This document shows positions 49,841 through 61,400 of a stretch of DNA of 64,000 bases, piece after piece. The position numbers and the translations under genes are program-made. Within the stretch, counting starts at the first letter, position 1, and each line of letters begins with the position of its first letter. The DNA comes from a virus. Its lineage: Duplodnaviria; Caudoviricetes. The notes beneath the pieces are model-generated. The model ran no database searches. It saw only the letters and a list, made by a program, of their open reading frames with translations, and was not told where the DNA came from. The DNA lies in IMG/VR virus record IMGVR_UViG_3300029305_005387. One strand, written 5' to 3'.

Positions 49841-52654
49841 ATGAGATTAGAAATTCTGGATATTGACAGATTAATTGCTGTCAATAAACTCCAAGAGGTA
49901 ACATCTCCTCGTTTATTTTCAAATAAGATGATGTTTGATCCTCAAGGTATTTTATCAAATGAGATTTTTGGTATTTCTAAGAGTGATCGTAGATCTACTT
50001 TCGCTTATATCAATTTAAGACGACATTTCATTCATCCTCATATCTATAATAAAGTTCTTAAAGGAATTTTTAGAGGTATAATCTACATTGTATCAGGACA
50101 AAAATATTATTCTGTAAAGAACGGATTGTTAGTCGAGGATCCTGATAATGGATGGACAGGACTGGAAAATCTTTATAATCATTGGAATGAAATTGATTGG
50201 AGTAAATCTCAATCAGCAAATAAGACGAATAAAAAGGTTTTGATGAATATTACTCGTGATCAGGTATTCATTGATAAAATGCTGGTTTGTCCTCCAGCAT
50301 ATCGTGATGTAATGATTGCTGGCACAGTTGACTCATCTGACCACGTAAATGAATTAAATGATCTTTATGTAAGATTAATTCGTTCAGTAGCTCTATTAAG
50401 CGAGGGTGGACTATTTGCTCGTACTCAATATGCTACACAGACTAAGATTCAAGATACTCTTGTAGAAATTATGGAATATTTTAAGAAACAGATTTCTCGT
50501 AAACAAGGTCTTATCAGAAAGAATCTTATTGGTAAATCTGTAGACTATGGTGTACGTGCAGTTATTTCTGCTCCTTCGTATAATAATGAACGAATTGAAG
50601 ACAATATCATTGATATTGAACATACTGCAGTACCAATTTCAATGTGTTGTTCGATGTTTTATCCTTTTATCGAATCATATTTACGTAATTTCTTTACACG
50701 AGAAATTATTAATGATCCGAACTTGATCACATTCTATGATATTGAAAATAAAAGAAGTTTTACTGCTCAAATTAAAGATCCTGATATTCAATTTTCTGAA
50801 AAGAATATAAGAAAGATGATAAACGATTATTGTTTAAATCCGGATAATAGATTCAGGGTTCTTTCAGTAGATGTTATTATTCCACAAGCTAGTGGAAATA
50901 AAACTGTAAAAGCTTCTCTTGTAATGAAGGGTAAACAAATTCTTCCTAATGATAGTACAACAATGTTGAATAGAGCTATGACTATTACAGATGTTTTATA
51001 TTTAGCATGTGTTGATGCTTGTGAAAAACGTCATGTAATGGTGTCTCGATATCCAGTAGGTACTGACAAAGGTATTTACTTTAATAAGATTAGAGTTCAA
51101 TCAACAATCAATCATATTAAATTAGTATTCAATGGAAAAGAATATCCATATTACCCAGATATTGATTTCAAGATCGATCAGAATAAAGTTGGAGTTCAAT
51201 TTATCGATACCCTTGTACTGTCAAATTCACATTGTGATGGTATGGGTGCAGATTATGATGGTGACGTGTTATCAGCAAGAGGTATTTGGTCTGATGAAGC
51301 AAATATGGAAGCTGAAGAAATCATGAATCGTAAAATGTCTGCATTAAACATTACTGGTGCGAATAGTAAAGTAGTAGCTAAAGAAGTATTTAACTCATTA
51401 TATGAGTTAACAAAGATTGGTGAAAAACCTGTAGCAAAAGTTGTTAGACCTTTAGATGCTGAAATGTATCTAAAAATGAGTCCTTCTGATATTACACGTA
51501 CTTTCTTAGCAGATACATTTGCAGATATGGTAGATTGCACAGTTAAAAATGTAGCTGGTAAAAATGCACCAAGATATAGAACTTGGGATAAAATTACAAT
51601 TCCTGCTAAACATTTTTATGAAGGACAAAAAGAAATTGAAACTACTATAGGTAGATACATTGCTAACAAATTTATGTTTGAAGGATCAAATATTATTGAA
51701 CAAATTGGTTTCGTTAATGAAACTATGAATAAAAAAGTTGTTGGTAATATTGATACTAAAGTAGGTCAATTATATTTGGAAGATAATATTAATAGAACGC
51801 AATTCAATATGTATCTTGACAGAAGAGATACTCTCGGTTATTGGTTGAATGGTATGCTTGCACATACTATTTCTGAAAAGATGACTAAACCATTACCAGA
51901 AATTGAGAAAAAGAAAGCTGAACTTTGTAAGAAATATGAGAAAGAATTAGCTGAAGGTAATATCGATGTAATGACTCAGATTAGTGATGAATTAGTTGCT
52001 TATGCTAAAGAATTACTTAAAGGAGATCCCGGCATGGATCTATATGATTCTGGTGACCTTGATTTTGGTAATAACTATAAAAACAATTCTATTATCAAGG
52101 GTGCAGTAATGAATAAAATCACTGGTGAGTTTGACTTTATTGATACATCATTTATGGATGGTATTAATGTTAAAGATATTCCTGCTCATGCTAATTCAAT
52201 TCTTGCTTCTCAGTATCCTGCATCTATTGCTACAGCTGATGCTGGTTATATGGGTAAAAAGTTATTAGCATTACTTCAGATGATGGAAGTTGATGAACCT
52301 GGAACTGATTGTGGCACAAAGAATCTCATTCCTGTAAATATTACTAAACATAATATGAATGACATGCTTTATACTTATATCGAAGAAGGATCTCAACTGA
52401 AGATGTTAACACGTGAAAACATTGGATCCTATGTTGGTAAGAGTGTAATGATGAGATCTCCAATGTCTTGTAAGAATGAAAAGATTTGTTCAAAGTGTGC
52501 TGGACAATTATTCTATTTACTTGATGCTAAACATGCAGGATTGTTTGCAACTCAGATTTCACATGCTGCTCTTAACCTTGGATTGAAAGCTAAACACAAT
52601 AGCTTAGTAGAACTATTTACTTTAAACCCAGATGTGCTTATTGAAGATCTATAA
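49841..52654 (+). CDS. rpoC: Phage multisubunit RNA polymerase beta' subunit (probably virion RNAP)
   Basis: GILSNEIFG, LIGKSVDYGVRAVIS, SRYP, catalytic ADYDGD, bridge helix TADAGYMGKKL, DCGT, RSPMSC...ICSKC, trigger-loop LKAKH. Confidence 0.92.
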   Translation: MRLEILDIDRLIAVNKLQEVTSPRLFSNKMMFDPQGILSNEIFGISKSDRRSTFAYINLRRHFIHPHIYNKVLKGIFRGIIYIVSGQKYYSVKNGLLVEDPDNGWTGLENLYNHWNEIDWSKSQSANKTNKKVLMNITRDQVFIDKMLVCPPAYRDVMIAGTVDSSDHVNELNDLYVRLIRSVALLSEGGLFARTQYATQTKIQDTLVEIMEYFKKQISRKQGLIRKNLIGKSVDYGVRAVISAPSYNNERIEDNIIDIEHTAVPISMCCSMFYPFIESYLRNFFTREIINDPNLITFYDIENKRSFTAQIKDPDIQFSEKNIRKMINDYCLNPDNRFRVLSVDVIIPQASGNKTVKASLVMKGKQILPNDSTTMLNRAMTITDVLYLACVDACEKRHVMVSRYPVGTDKGIYFNKIRVQSTINHIKLVFNGKEYPYYPDIDFKIDQNKVGVQFIDTLVLSNSHCDGMGADYDGDVLSARGIWSDEANMEAEEIMNRKMSALNITGANSKVVAKEVFNSLYELTKIGEKPVAKVVRPLDAEMYLKMSPSDITRTFLADTFADMVDCTVKNVAGKNAPRYRTWDKITIPAKHFYEGQKEIETTIGRYIANKFMFEGSNIIEQIGFVNETMNKKVVGNIDTKVGQLYLEDNINRTQFNMYLDRRDTLGYWLNGMLAHTISEKMTKPLPEIEKKKAELCKKYEKELAEGNIDVMTQISDELVAYAKELLKGDPGMDLYDSGDLDFGNNYKNNSIIKGAVMNKITGEFDFIDTSFMDGINVKDIPAHANSILASQYPASIATADAGYMGKKLLALLQMMEVDEPGTDCGTKNLIPVNITKHNMNDMLYTYIEEGSQLKMLTRENIGSYVGKSVMMRSPMSCKNEKICSKCAGQLFYLLDAKHAGLFATQISHAALNLGLKAKHNSLVELFTLNPDVLIEDL

Positions 52655-52754
52655 AGATAATTATATATTCTAACATTAGAGAAGTGGATAGAATATTAAT
52701 TAATTCTGAACTTCACTAAGCAAATAACAATTTAACACAAGGAGGATTATTTAC

Positions 52755-53528
52755 ATGAGTACAATCAAACTTTCAACACAGTGCCCTAATTGTAAAAAAC
52801 AAATCAATCTGTCTGCAGAAGTACCTAATACAGGTACAGTAGTCCCTGCAACACGAAGCAATCTCCAGCCAATCGGTGATATCTTAGTATATAAGATCAC
52901 CTCTGAAGATCTTAAGAAATTTATTATGGAGAAGGCAAAATTCTATTGTAAAAACGTGAAAATGGAAATCGTTCCACGCTATTGTGAAAAGAAACGTAGA
53001 CGTGATAATGAACCTCATCGTTCTTATGCTTCACTTCGTATTGCATTCTCTGAAGATATTCTTGTTAAGAAAGAAGATCTTGGCTGGTACGGAAAAATTG
53101 GCGAATCTGCTGATAATCTGAGAATTGAAAATTCTATCTTTACTCATCTCATCAAGAAGTATGGGTATAACACTAAGGATCTTGAAGCATGGTTAAAGAG
53201 CTATCGTAATCTTGAGGAACTGGAAGAATGTCTTGGTATGACTGAGAGTTACATTTCCGATCTTAAGACTTATTCAACTCCTCAGCGTATTACAACTACA
53301 AATGGTGAAAAGTGGATTTTCTTTGCAGCTGCAGCAGAAAACGTAATCAAGGATATGTTAGAAGATCCTGAAACAGGTATGCTTCCTGGTCGTTTGCAGA
53401 TTCATGATGTTTATAAGATCTCTGATGATATTGTGGAATTCGTTGTTTATCTCCATCCTCAGGAATTGAAGATGAAAGAGAATCCTCATGTACGTCAGAT
53501 TCTTATGGGAAGCGACAAAAAGAAGTAA
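52755..53528 (+). CDS. Hypothetical protein with N-terminal CxxC
   Basis: AAGGAGG RBS; TATATTCT at 52664-52671. Confidence 0.75.
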   Translation: MSTIKLSTQCPNCKKQINLSAEVPNTGTVVPATRSNLQPIGDILVYKITSEDLKKFIMEKAKFYCKNVKMEIVPRYCEKKRRRDNEPHRSYASLRIAFSEDILVKKEDLGWYGKIGESADNLRIENSIFTHLIKKYGYNTKDLEAWLKSYRNLEELEECLGMTESYISDLKTYSTPQRITTTNGEKWIFFAAAAENVIKDMLEDPETGMLPGRLQIHDVYKISDDIVEFVVYLHPQELKMKENPHVRQILMGSDKKK

Positions 53529-53597
53529 TGTATAATGATCTCATAACGAGATCGTTTACATAATAAACATTAAAAACATCCAAGGAGGAAATTAACA

Positions 53598-53858
53598 ATG
53601 GCAACTATCAAAGGTAAGGTAAAGTGGTTTAATCCTAAGAAGCGTTACGGATACATTACAGACAGTGAAGGAAATGATCATTTCGTTCATGCTAGCGGAA
53701 TTAAGGAAGCTCGTATGGTTCCTAGCTTTGAAGACGGTGATGAAGTTGAGTTCGAACTCACCAATGGTAAGAAGGGACAGCAGGCTACTAATGTTGTTCT
53801 TGTAACTAAGGTTGAAGATATGAAAGATAACGAAGAACCTACTTGCAGCCCTGAATAA
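53598..53858 (+). CDS. Cold-shock domain protein
   Basis: KGKVKWFN, YGYI (RNP1), DHFVH (RNP2), GKKGQQATNV. Confidence 0.92.
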   Translation: MATIKGKVKWFNPKKRYGYITDSEGNDHFVHASGIKEARMVPSFEDGDEVEFELTNGKKGQQATNVVLVTKVEDMKDNEEPTCSPE

Positions 53859-53974
53859 TAAATCATATAACAGTGTAATATCGGTTGGGAGCAATGTCTC
53901 CCAACCGATATTTTTTTTATTTTTTTTATTTTATAAACAGGAGTGTAAAAATATGAAAAGGAGATGATTACACA

Positions 53975-54427
53975 ATGCCTAGTTTCAAAGTAAATGGAAG
54001 TAATACTACTATAAAAAGTACACCTACTCCACCACCAAAATCAAAAAATAATTTTAAAGTAACTGATAATTCAGCTACTAAGAAGTCTGTTGTTTCTAAA
54101 AAAGTAGAAGAAAAAATACAATCTGTGGAAATTCCTAAAAAAGAAATAACTCCATCTACAGATCATAGAAAAGAAGAAGTTTCTAAATCAATGTCATTAA
54201 ATGGTACATTTGCACCTATTCGTCGCAAAATGAGTAGAGATACTGAAAGAAAGATTAATGAAGTAATTGAAGAAACTACAAAGGATAAAATTATCGCTTT
54301 AGATAAAGAAGGATTGAATACGTTTATGAATTCTATTGTGGATATTCTGAGTGAAGAATTTGTTCATAGATCTGAAGTAGAATCAATTGTTCAGAAAACT
54401 TTACAAAAGATGGCGTTAGGGAAATAA
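53975..54427 (+). CDS. Hypothetical protein
   Basis: AAGGAG RBS; low-complexity N-terminus. Confidence 0.65.
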   Translation: MPSFKVNGSNTTIKSTPTPPPKSKNNFKVTDNSATKKSVVSKKVEEKIQSVEIPKKEITPSTDHRKEEVSKSMSLNGTFAPIRRKMSRDTERKINEVIEETTKDKIIALDKEGLNTFMNSIVDILSEEFVHRSEVESIVQKTLQKMALGK

Positions 54428-54520
54428 TATCGTATATGATGATAATAATATAATATATTCTAAATATGTAATCAAGGCAAGGATACATTATAATCATTAC
54501 ATATTTGGAGGTAATTTTAT

Positions 54521-54907
54521 ATGAAGACCGCATTTATGATCGCTTTTGAGAAGGCTGCACAGACTGATGCTAACGCTGCTAAGATGCTCGATGATGCTAA
54601 GAAACTTCATCGTCGTAACATTGAAGAAGAGCGTGCTCGCAAGGCTATGGAAGAGAAGAGGAAGGCTGAAGAGAAAGCTATTGCTGATAAGAAATTGGCA
54701 GAGGAAATCAAGAAACTCAATTTATATGGATACCAAGTATCTCCATATCAGTATTCTCTCGAAACTGGAATTATTTGGGCTCGTGATATGGATGACGCTC
54801 ATGATAAGTTAAGTCAGACATATGATGTGAAACATTCGTTCAGAGTTTCTATTTTCCCGATTGATCCAACTGTGGAACTCTATCGTATCGCAAAATACTA
54901 TGAATAA
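54521..54907 (+). CDS. Hypothetical protein
   Basis: GGAGG RBS; TATATTCT at 54454-54461. Confidence 0.7.
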   Translation: MKTAFMIAFEKAAQTDANAAKMLDDAKKLHRRNIEEERARKAMEEKRKAEEKAIADKKLAEEIKKLNLYGYQVSPYQYSLETGIIWARDMDDAHDKLSQTYDVKHSFRVSIFPIDPTVELYRIAKYYE

Positions 54908-54951
54908 AAAATAATGGGAGCCGTAAAAGCTCCCATTATTTTTTTTTATTT

Positions 54952-56265
54952 TTAATAATCCAATGCACGGTTATCGAAACCCGATTCATCAGGTTCTACA
55001 AATGATAGATGTTTTGTGAGTGTAGGAATAATAAATTTCTTAATTGATTCCCAGATAGGTTTCTCATCTTTCTCTTTATTCAAATTCTTAAATGTAAATG
55101 TGAATGAATCGTCACCCTTGAATTTTAATCTTGAACGATTGCCTTCAATTAAACCATTATCCCTGCCATACATGATCATCGTTCTTAATGCATCAAAACC
55201 ATATTTATGACTAAATACCATTTCAAATGATACACCCTTAGAGTTATTACCCGATTGATTAGAAGAACTCTTAATAGGTTCAACCATTACAACATGACCT
55301 GCAATACCATCTCCTTCTTCAGTGAAATCATCAGAAGGTTTAGCTGTTAATTTAATGATATTAAATGGATAATAAATCATGGTTTTTCCGCCAGGAATAC
55401 TTTCATCTTGTTTCAAATAATTCTGTTGTTTAGCAACTGGAATAAATGCGTTCATACTCATATTACTATTAATATGATTAATTCCATATATGATAATATT
55501 TGCTTCTTTACATAGAGGAATTATATCTTTGAAGAATCCTTTTAATGTTTTAGCATCTCTAGCTCCTTCTGTATTACCTCTCATTTTTTCAGCATCAGAA
55601 GCTTCTTTATTACTATCAGGATTAAATGTTTCATTAAGTACAGTGGTGATGGAGTCAATAATAATGATTGTTGGTTCAAAAATCATTACTTCATTTCCGA
55701 ATTCATCTTTAAATCCAGATGGCACAATCATCTGATTTTTCAATCTCATTTTTGTTACATATGTTTTTACAATCATTTCCTGAATGATATCAAGACCAAC
55801 AGCACCTGTACGAATAATGTATCTCTCATTAGTAAAGAATGATGCAGGTAATTGTGTAATAGTTTCACATCTAGAAATATCAAAACGGTTTTCACAATCG
55901 AAATGAATACAGTTTGCGAACTTGTACTGTCTAATAATATTAGCTGCAATCTGAGCAGCTAGGGTAGTTTTGCCACTCCCAGAATTGCCTATAATTAGGT
56001 TAAATGTACCAGCAGCTTGTCCTACTCTAGGTTCCTGTTTAATAATTTTTCCTAAATCATCGTGGATGTTAATTACAGACCCAAAATAATAATCAAACAG
56101 ATGAAAACCAGTCTTTAGGAACGCAGTAGTAACATTTGTTTGAAAAAGGTTTTTCTTATCATTTTCTCTTAGTGCTGAAATTAGAGGATTATATGTTTGA
56201 CGTTTATCCATCTGATCAGCAATTTTATCGAGAACATCTGTCTCGTTTTTCTTTTTAGTTGCCAT
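54952..56265 (-). CDS. recA: RecA/UvsX-like recombinase
   Basis: TGFHLFD, GNSGSGKTT, FDCE, IIIDSI, INHI, PGGK. Confidence 0.85.
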   Translation of the reverse strand: MATKKKNETDVLDKIADQMDKRQTYNPLISALRENDKKNLFQTNVTTAFLKTGFHLFDYYFGSVINIHDDLGKIIKQEPRVGQAAGTFNLIIGNSGSGKTTLAAQIAANIIRQYKFANCIHFDCENRFDISRCETITQLPASFFTNERYIIRTGAVGLDIIQEMIVKTYVTKMRLKNQMIVPSGFKDEFGNEVMIFEPTIIIIDSITTVLNETFNPDSNKEASDAEKMRGNTEGARDAKTLKGFFKDIIPLCKEANIIIYGINHINSNMSMNAFIPVAKQQNYLKQDESIPGGKTMIYYPFNIIKLTAKPSDDFTEEGDGIAGHVVMVEPIKSSSNQSGNNSKGVSFEMVFSHKYGFDALRTMIMYGRDNGLIEGNRSRLKFKGDDSFTFTFKNLNKEKDEKPIWESIKKFIIPTLTKHLSFVEPDESGFDNRALDY

Positions 56266-56369
56266 ATAAATAAGCTCCCTTCTTTTTATAAAGTGTTTAT
56301 CTCATCAGGTTCAGAATATATAAGTTAAGAATATTTATATGAGGATGGGAACTTCCCATCCTCATATTC

Positions 56370-57218
56370 TTATATACTAACTCTTGGAAGAAAATTTGTA
56401 GATGTATAAATCATATTTGGTTTTTCTAACACGATATGCGGAACTTGATTATGTGTAAAACAATTGTTATTTTCCAATGGAGTAACTTTTGTTACAACTA
56501 CTTGGAAATGTGGATCAAGTTTTAAAACAGTTCTATCAGTATCAATCATCTTTTCAATATAATCAATTTCATAAAAGAAACCAGGATAATATTTAAAATG
56601 ACTTTCCACTTGTAATTTCCACATATTTATTTTATTAGCACGATAGATATTAGATTTAATTCCCATTGAAGCTAACAATTTTTGAATCTGTTTAAATTTA
56701 TCAAATTTTACATCAAATAATGATACTTCATCTGGAGATAGATATGGTGAATAAGCTGTATCAAAAATTCCTCTAATGAATTGTCTTCTATCTTTATAAC
56801 TCTGATACATATAATCATCAAAGATAATATCTTGACCTTTATACCAATTTATACCAGCATCGTATGGATGTAAATTATTACTTCTTTTAAAATGTCTTGA
56901 ATCGAAAATAACTGGAAATAAATGTAATGGAAAATCTCCAGTAACTTTACATTCACAAGAAGGAAAATGTCTAGGAGATAAAATATCATCTAAATATAAA
57001 GCTTCATTAGAAGTTAAGAATTCTACTCTACCATCACTGTATGTTATTTCATACATATTTTCATAATTCATCATCCAGATGTCTTTAATTTCTAATAGTC
57101 GACTAGTTCTCCACTCATATACATAGTCACCGATATTTACTTCAGATATCTTTTTAATACCTTTATTTGTTAGAATTTGTCTGTTATAGATTTCTTTAGA
57201 AATATTCATATCACTCAC
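56370..57218 (-). CDS. Free-standing degenerate intein (Hint + LAGLIDADG remnant)
   Basis: ILTNKGIKKISEVNIGDYVY (block A/N2), YEITYSDGR (block B), FIRGIFDT (block E), LLASMGI (block H), HIVLEKPNMIYTSTNF (block F); own RBS; no exteins. Confidence 0.7.
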   Translation of the reverse strand: MSDMNISKEIYNRQILTNKGIKKISEVNIGDYVYEWRTSRLLEIKDIWMMNYENMYEITYSDGRVEFLTSNEALYLDDILSPRHFPSCECKVTGDFPLHLFPVIFDSRHFKRSNNLHPYDAGINWYKGQDIIFDDYMYQSYKDRRQFIRGIFDTAYSPYLSPDEVSLFDVKFDKFKQIQKLLASMGIKSNIYRANKINMWKLQVESHFKYYPGFFYEIDYIEKMIDTDRTVLKLDPHFQVVVTKVTPLENNNCFTHNQVPHIVLEKPNMIYTSTNFLPRVSI

Positions 57219-57313
57219 CTCTATTTTAATTCATAATATTAACCATCAGTTTTTAAACAGGCTTATTAATGGTTAGATATTCGTAATCTACTACTCGAAA
57301 GGAGATAATTAAC

Positions 57314-58435
57314 ATGGCTAAAGTTACAAACACAACCTCAGAAGACGTAAGAGCTTCGATAGGTTCTATTTATGCTGATCTTCTAAGTAAACGACGTATT
57401 GAAAAAGAAGCGAAAGCTGAACAGAAACGAATGGAAGAAGAATTACGCAAGGCTGAAAAAGAAGAAAAGAGTACCAAAGAAGATGGTACTAAAATGACTA
57501 AGAAAGAAAAAAGAGAAAAGGAACTAGATAATTGGAAGACTATTGTAGTTGGTCTTACTGGTGACGATCTCGAATATTCTGGTAAGAAGAATAAGAAAAA
57601 AAAGTATCGTAAATGGATTGATGAAGAAGATACTGGAACTGTTATCGATCGTAAACCTAAAAAACATAAAAAGAGAAACTATAATAAAGAATTTGAACCT
57701 GAGTTAAATATGTTGAAAACATTGGTCGCAGAACAAAATCGATTCACTGCTGATTTACAGAGAAGATTCCAACATGCAGCTGGACCTGCTACTAAAGATG
57801 CAGCTCCTCCTAATAAAACAATGGTTGAATTAGCTTCTGCTATCACTAGTGGTAGAACTAATTCTCTTGGTATGCTTCGAGAGATCGGTAGTTTGAAGAA
57901 AACTATTGCTGATCTTTATATGAAACAGAAGAAGTTAGATGCTGATTTGGCTGGTGGATCTACATTTACTGATACTGGAGATTTAGCTCTAATGGGATCT
58001 AATATTGCTGCAAGTATGTTTGGAAATAGTAGCGTCGGCTTTACACCATCAATCCAAAGTTCTGATGTATATGGATCTCAATCTCAGATGATGGCACCTA
58101 TTATGCAAAATAACGGACAGTCTGTACAATCAGTTCAGCAAGTTCCTGTGAATGATGTACCTGTTTATCAAGCAACTGCATTTGATCCAGAAACTTGGGA
58201 AGGACCTCAGTTATCTAACACATTTACAGAATATGAAAATGTCCCTCATACAATCGTTGTAAAACGTAGTAAGGATACCGGTGATATGCGTTTTGCAGCT
58301 ATCCGTAATGATAATGGTGAAGAAATTACAGGATGTAATATCCCTACCAGTGATCCTAATAAATTAAATATCAATGAAAAAGATATGACTGTAAAAGGTC
58401 AATTTGATGAGGTATACAGAATAGTTGAAGTATAA
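57314..58435 (+). CDS. Hypothetical protein (Lys/Glu-rich N-terminus)
   Basis: GAAAGGAG RBS. Confidence 0.75.
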   Translation: MAKVTNTTSEDVRASIGSIYADLLSKRRIEKEAKAEQKRMEEELRKAEKEEKSTKEDGTKMTKKEKREKELDNWKTIVVGLTGDDLEYSGKKNKKKKYRKWIDEEDTGTVIDRKPKKHKKRNYNKEFEPELNMLKTLVAEQNRFTADLQRRFQHAAGPATKDAAPPNKTMVELASAITSGRTNSLGMLREIGSLKKTIADLYMKQKKLDADLAGGSTFTDTGDLALMGSNIAASMFGNSSVGFTPSIQSSDVYGSQSQMMAPIMQNNGQSVQSVQQVPVNDVPVYQATAFDPETWEGPQLSNTFTEYENVPHTIVVKRSKDTGDMRFAAIRNDNGEEITGCNIPTSDPNKLNINEKDMTVKGQFDEVYRIVEV

Positions 58436-58453
58436 CCAAGGAGGTGATTCACT

Positions 58454-61400
58454 GTGAGTAAATCAACTAAACAAAATGGACCACTTCAAAACTTATTTGT
58501 AGATATAAAAAAGATTCTTGATTTTACTGAATTTAAAGATCTAGCAGCTGCAAAGGCTGCTGAAACTGAACTTAGTAAAGGTATGGCAGAAGTTTGGATG
58601 AATGCTATTGTTAAAAATGATAATTATATCACCTACAAAAAATGGTGGACAAAGGCAATGTTTCAAGAAATATCAAATAACATTAAGACTCTTGAATATA
58701 ATTATTTCATAAATAATCCATTCAATGTTCCATTAAAATATAGAGAGAATCTTCTAATTAAAGGCAGAGAAGCTTTCTTGAATCAATATGTAGAACAGAA
58801 CGATTATTATAGAAAGCTTAGTGGTTTACCACCTTTTGAAACTCCTGAATCTGATTATATTTACATGAGTGAAGAATTGCGAGAAAAACTTCATGTAGAA
58901 AATATTCCAGTTCATGAAATGAATGTTTATATTCAAAATAATTACATGAATACAGAAGAGTATCAGAATGTTTTAAAAAATAATCCAGAAAAAGAATACT
59001 TGAAGTATCTTGGCAGATATAAAATTGATATTTATACAGCAAGAAAAGCTAAAGATTTTGATATTATAAGATATCCTTCAAATAGAGCAGATATCAATCC
59101 AAACGTATTATCAGCATTTGCATCATTGTATACAGATTATCGTGAGTATGTAATGGTAGTATTATATAATTCCAAATTGGAAGAAACTCATGTAAACTAT
59201 CGTACCTTTATGGGTGTTTTAATTATTTCATTTGCTTTATTACAAATTGGAAACAAAGCTTTGGAATCTGTAAATAATCATAAATATCTTGATGATGCTG
59301 TTTTACACACAATTCTCTCAATGTATGGAATTCCAGAATCTTTATTGCTAACACAAGATGTTAGACGAGATCTTGCAGCTAATATCTTAAAACTCGTACG
59401 GAATAAAGGTACTGAAGATGTTTATTATGATCTAATGAGAATTCTTGGATATCAGGATGTGACAATTAGTAAGTTGATGCTTATGAAAGGACAAGAATTC
59501 GATTCTGAAAATAATAATGCTGCTTTATCAAGTGTAAATCCGTACTTTTTACAGCTTGATTTGAAAGATGATAATCCATATGAAACCATTGCTTCTGGTA
59601 AGGCACATATATTTGATTATCATTCAATTATCGATAAAGATCCTACATGGTGGGATTTACCAGATGTTCAGAAAATTCTTAAAGAAAGTGCATACACATT
59701 AACTGATTCTAAATATATAATGATTGAATCTGTAGTGCATCAGATGAAATATGTTTTTGAGTCAATTTATTTTACGAGAATGATTCTGGATAATAAAACA
59801 TTGACAGATGAATTCAATATTGAAGTTCCTGAATTATTTGGTAAAGAAATGATTTCAGTTTATGATCTGATTTTATTCGTGATATGTGCAACATGTATGA
59901 CGAATGGATTATCAGGATTAATTAATACAGAAACTGATAAATTGTTAGCTACAGCTGGTTTTAACTTTGATTTAGATATAGATTCATTTATTGAATTTCT
60001 AAATACTACTCGATATGTTGATAAAAATAGAATTATGAAATTTCTTGATAATTTATCAATGAATAATATCGATGATATTAATAGAATCTTTAATGATGTA
60101 ATGTATCCAATGAGAGAATGGCTACAAGAGAAAATATCTTCATCTACTATACGAGAAGAATATGTGGAATATGAAAGTATCTACAGAGCTTTATATACAT
60201 ATGATTTTTCTCGAAATAAATTTCTTGATGATTTTGAAATGCCAATTGAAACTATCAAAAAGAAATATAATTTAAGTGATGAAGATTTATTAGCTTTTAA
60301 ACATTTCTATCCTAGATCAATTGATGGAAAAGCTGTAAGTGTTACTGAATATAATGCATCTGTAAATAATAGCAGGTATCATTATCCATTTTTATCATTG
60401 ACGGAAAATATCGATTGGTATATTCATATAACACTTGATACTCCTGACGGTAAAGTTGATGATAGAGGATATTTATATTTTCATGATATCCTGAATTCTG
60501 ATAATCTCTTAACTTTAACTAATCCGGACGGCACTAGGGTCTTTATGGATTATGAAGATGCTGAAATTGGTTGGGAAGTGAATAAACAAGCTGTTGATAA
60601 AGCTATTTCATTGATAAGTCAATTAGATGATAAAGCTTTAAAAAACGGATATTTCCAAGTATATACACCTATATTGAATAGTCATGGTAAATATTATTCT
60701 GATAAAGAAAAATTACCAGCTACTATTAGAAATAGCGGTATCTATAAAGATATATTAATTGATAAAATTATTATGGATACAAATGGTCTAGCTACTCAAC
60801 CAAAAACATATTTTGAGGCTCTTTATAGAAAAAATGAAAATCTTTATAATCTTCTAATGAAAGATGATAGATTCAATAGAAATAAAGATGCTTGGATGAA
60901 TGATATCATGACTATTGTTATGGCTATCGAAACTGGATTGAATGTACATTTGAAGTATTTTGAACAGTCGGTATTAGGCGAAGAACTTTTCTTCAAACCA
61001 TTGATTACATTAATTAAACATTTTAAATCAAAATTAGTTCAAATTGCTAAGACTGGTCTAAAATATGTTTTTGATGATAAGATAGATGTCGGTGGTAATT
61101 CAAATATGTTCAAGATGTTTGATAATGTTCAATTCTTGGTACATTTCTCTACAATTGATCAGAAAGGTTATGATTCTCAGTTCGGATTTTATGATACAGA
61201 ACGAAGAATAACTCATCATATCATAATGAAAGATAGATCGGAAATTCTACGAATGGTTTCAGGAGAAGGATTCTTAGCTGAAACAAGAGAATCAAGAATG
61301 GGCTCAATGCGATTAGTAGATGAAGTGAAATTATCTAAGAATGGAACTCCGTTAGATCCTAATGGTCATTCCTCTGTATGGTTTAGTGGAGAACCTGGTA

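Noticed and set aside
53934-53947. AR9-type late promoter AACA-N6-TA
   Set aside because: One exact match and a few loose ones (2373, 3770, 32333); too degenerate to call in AT-rich DNA.
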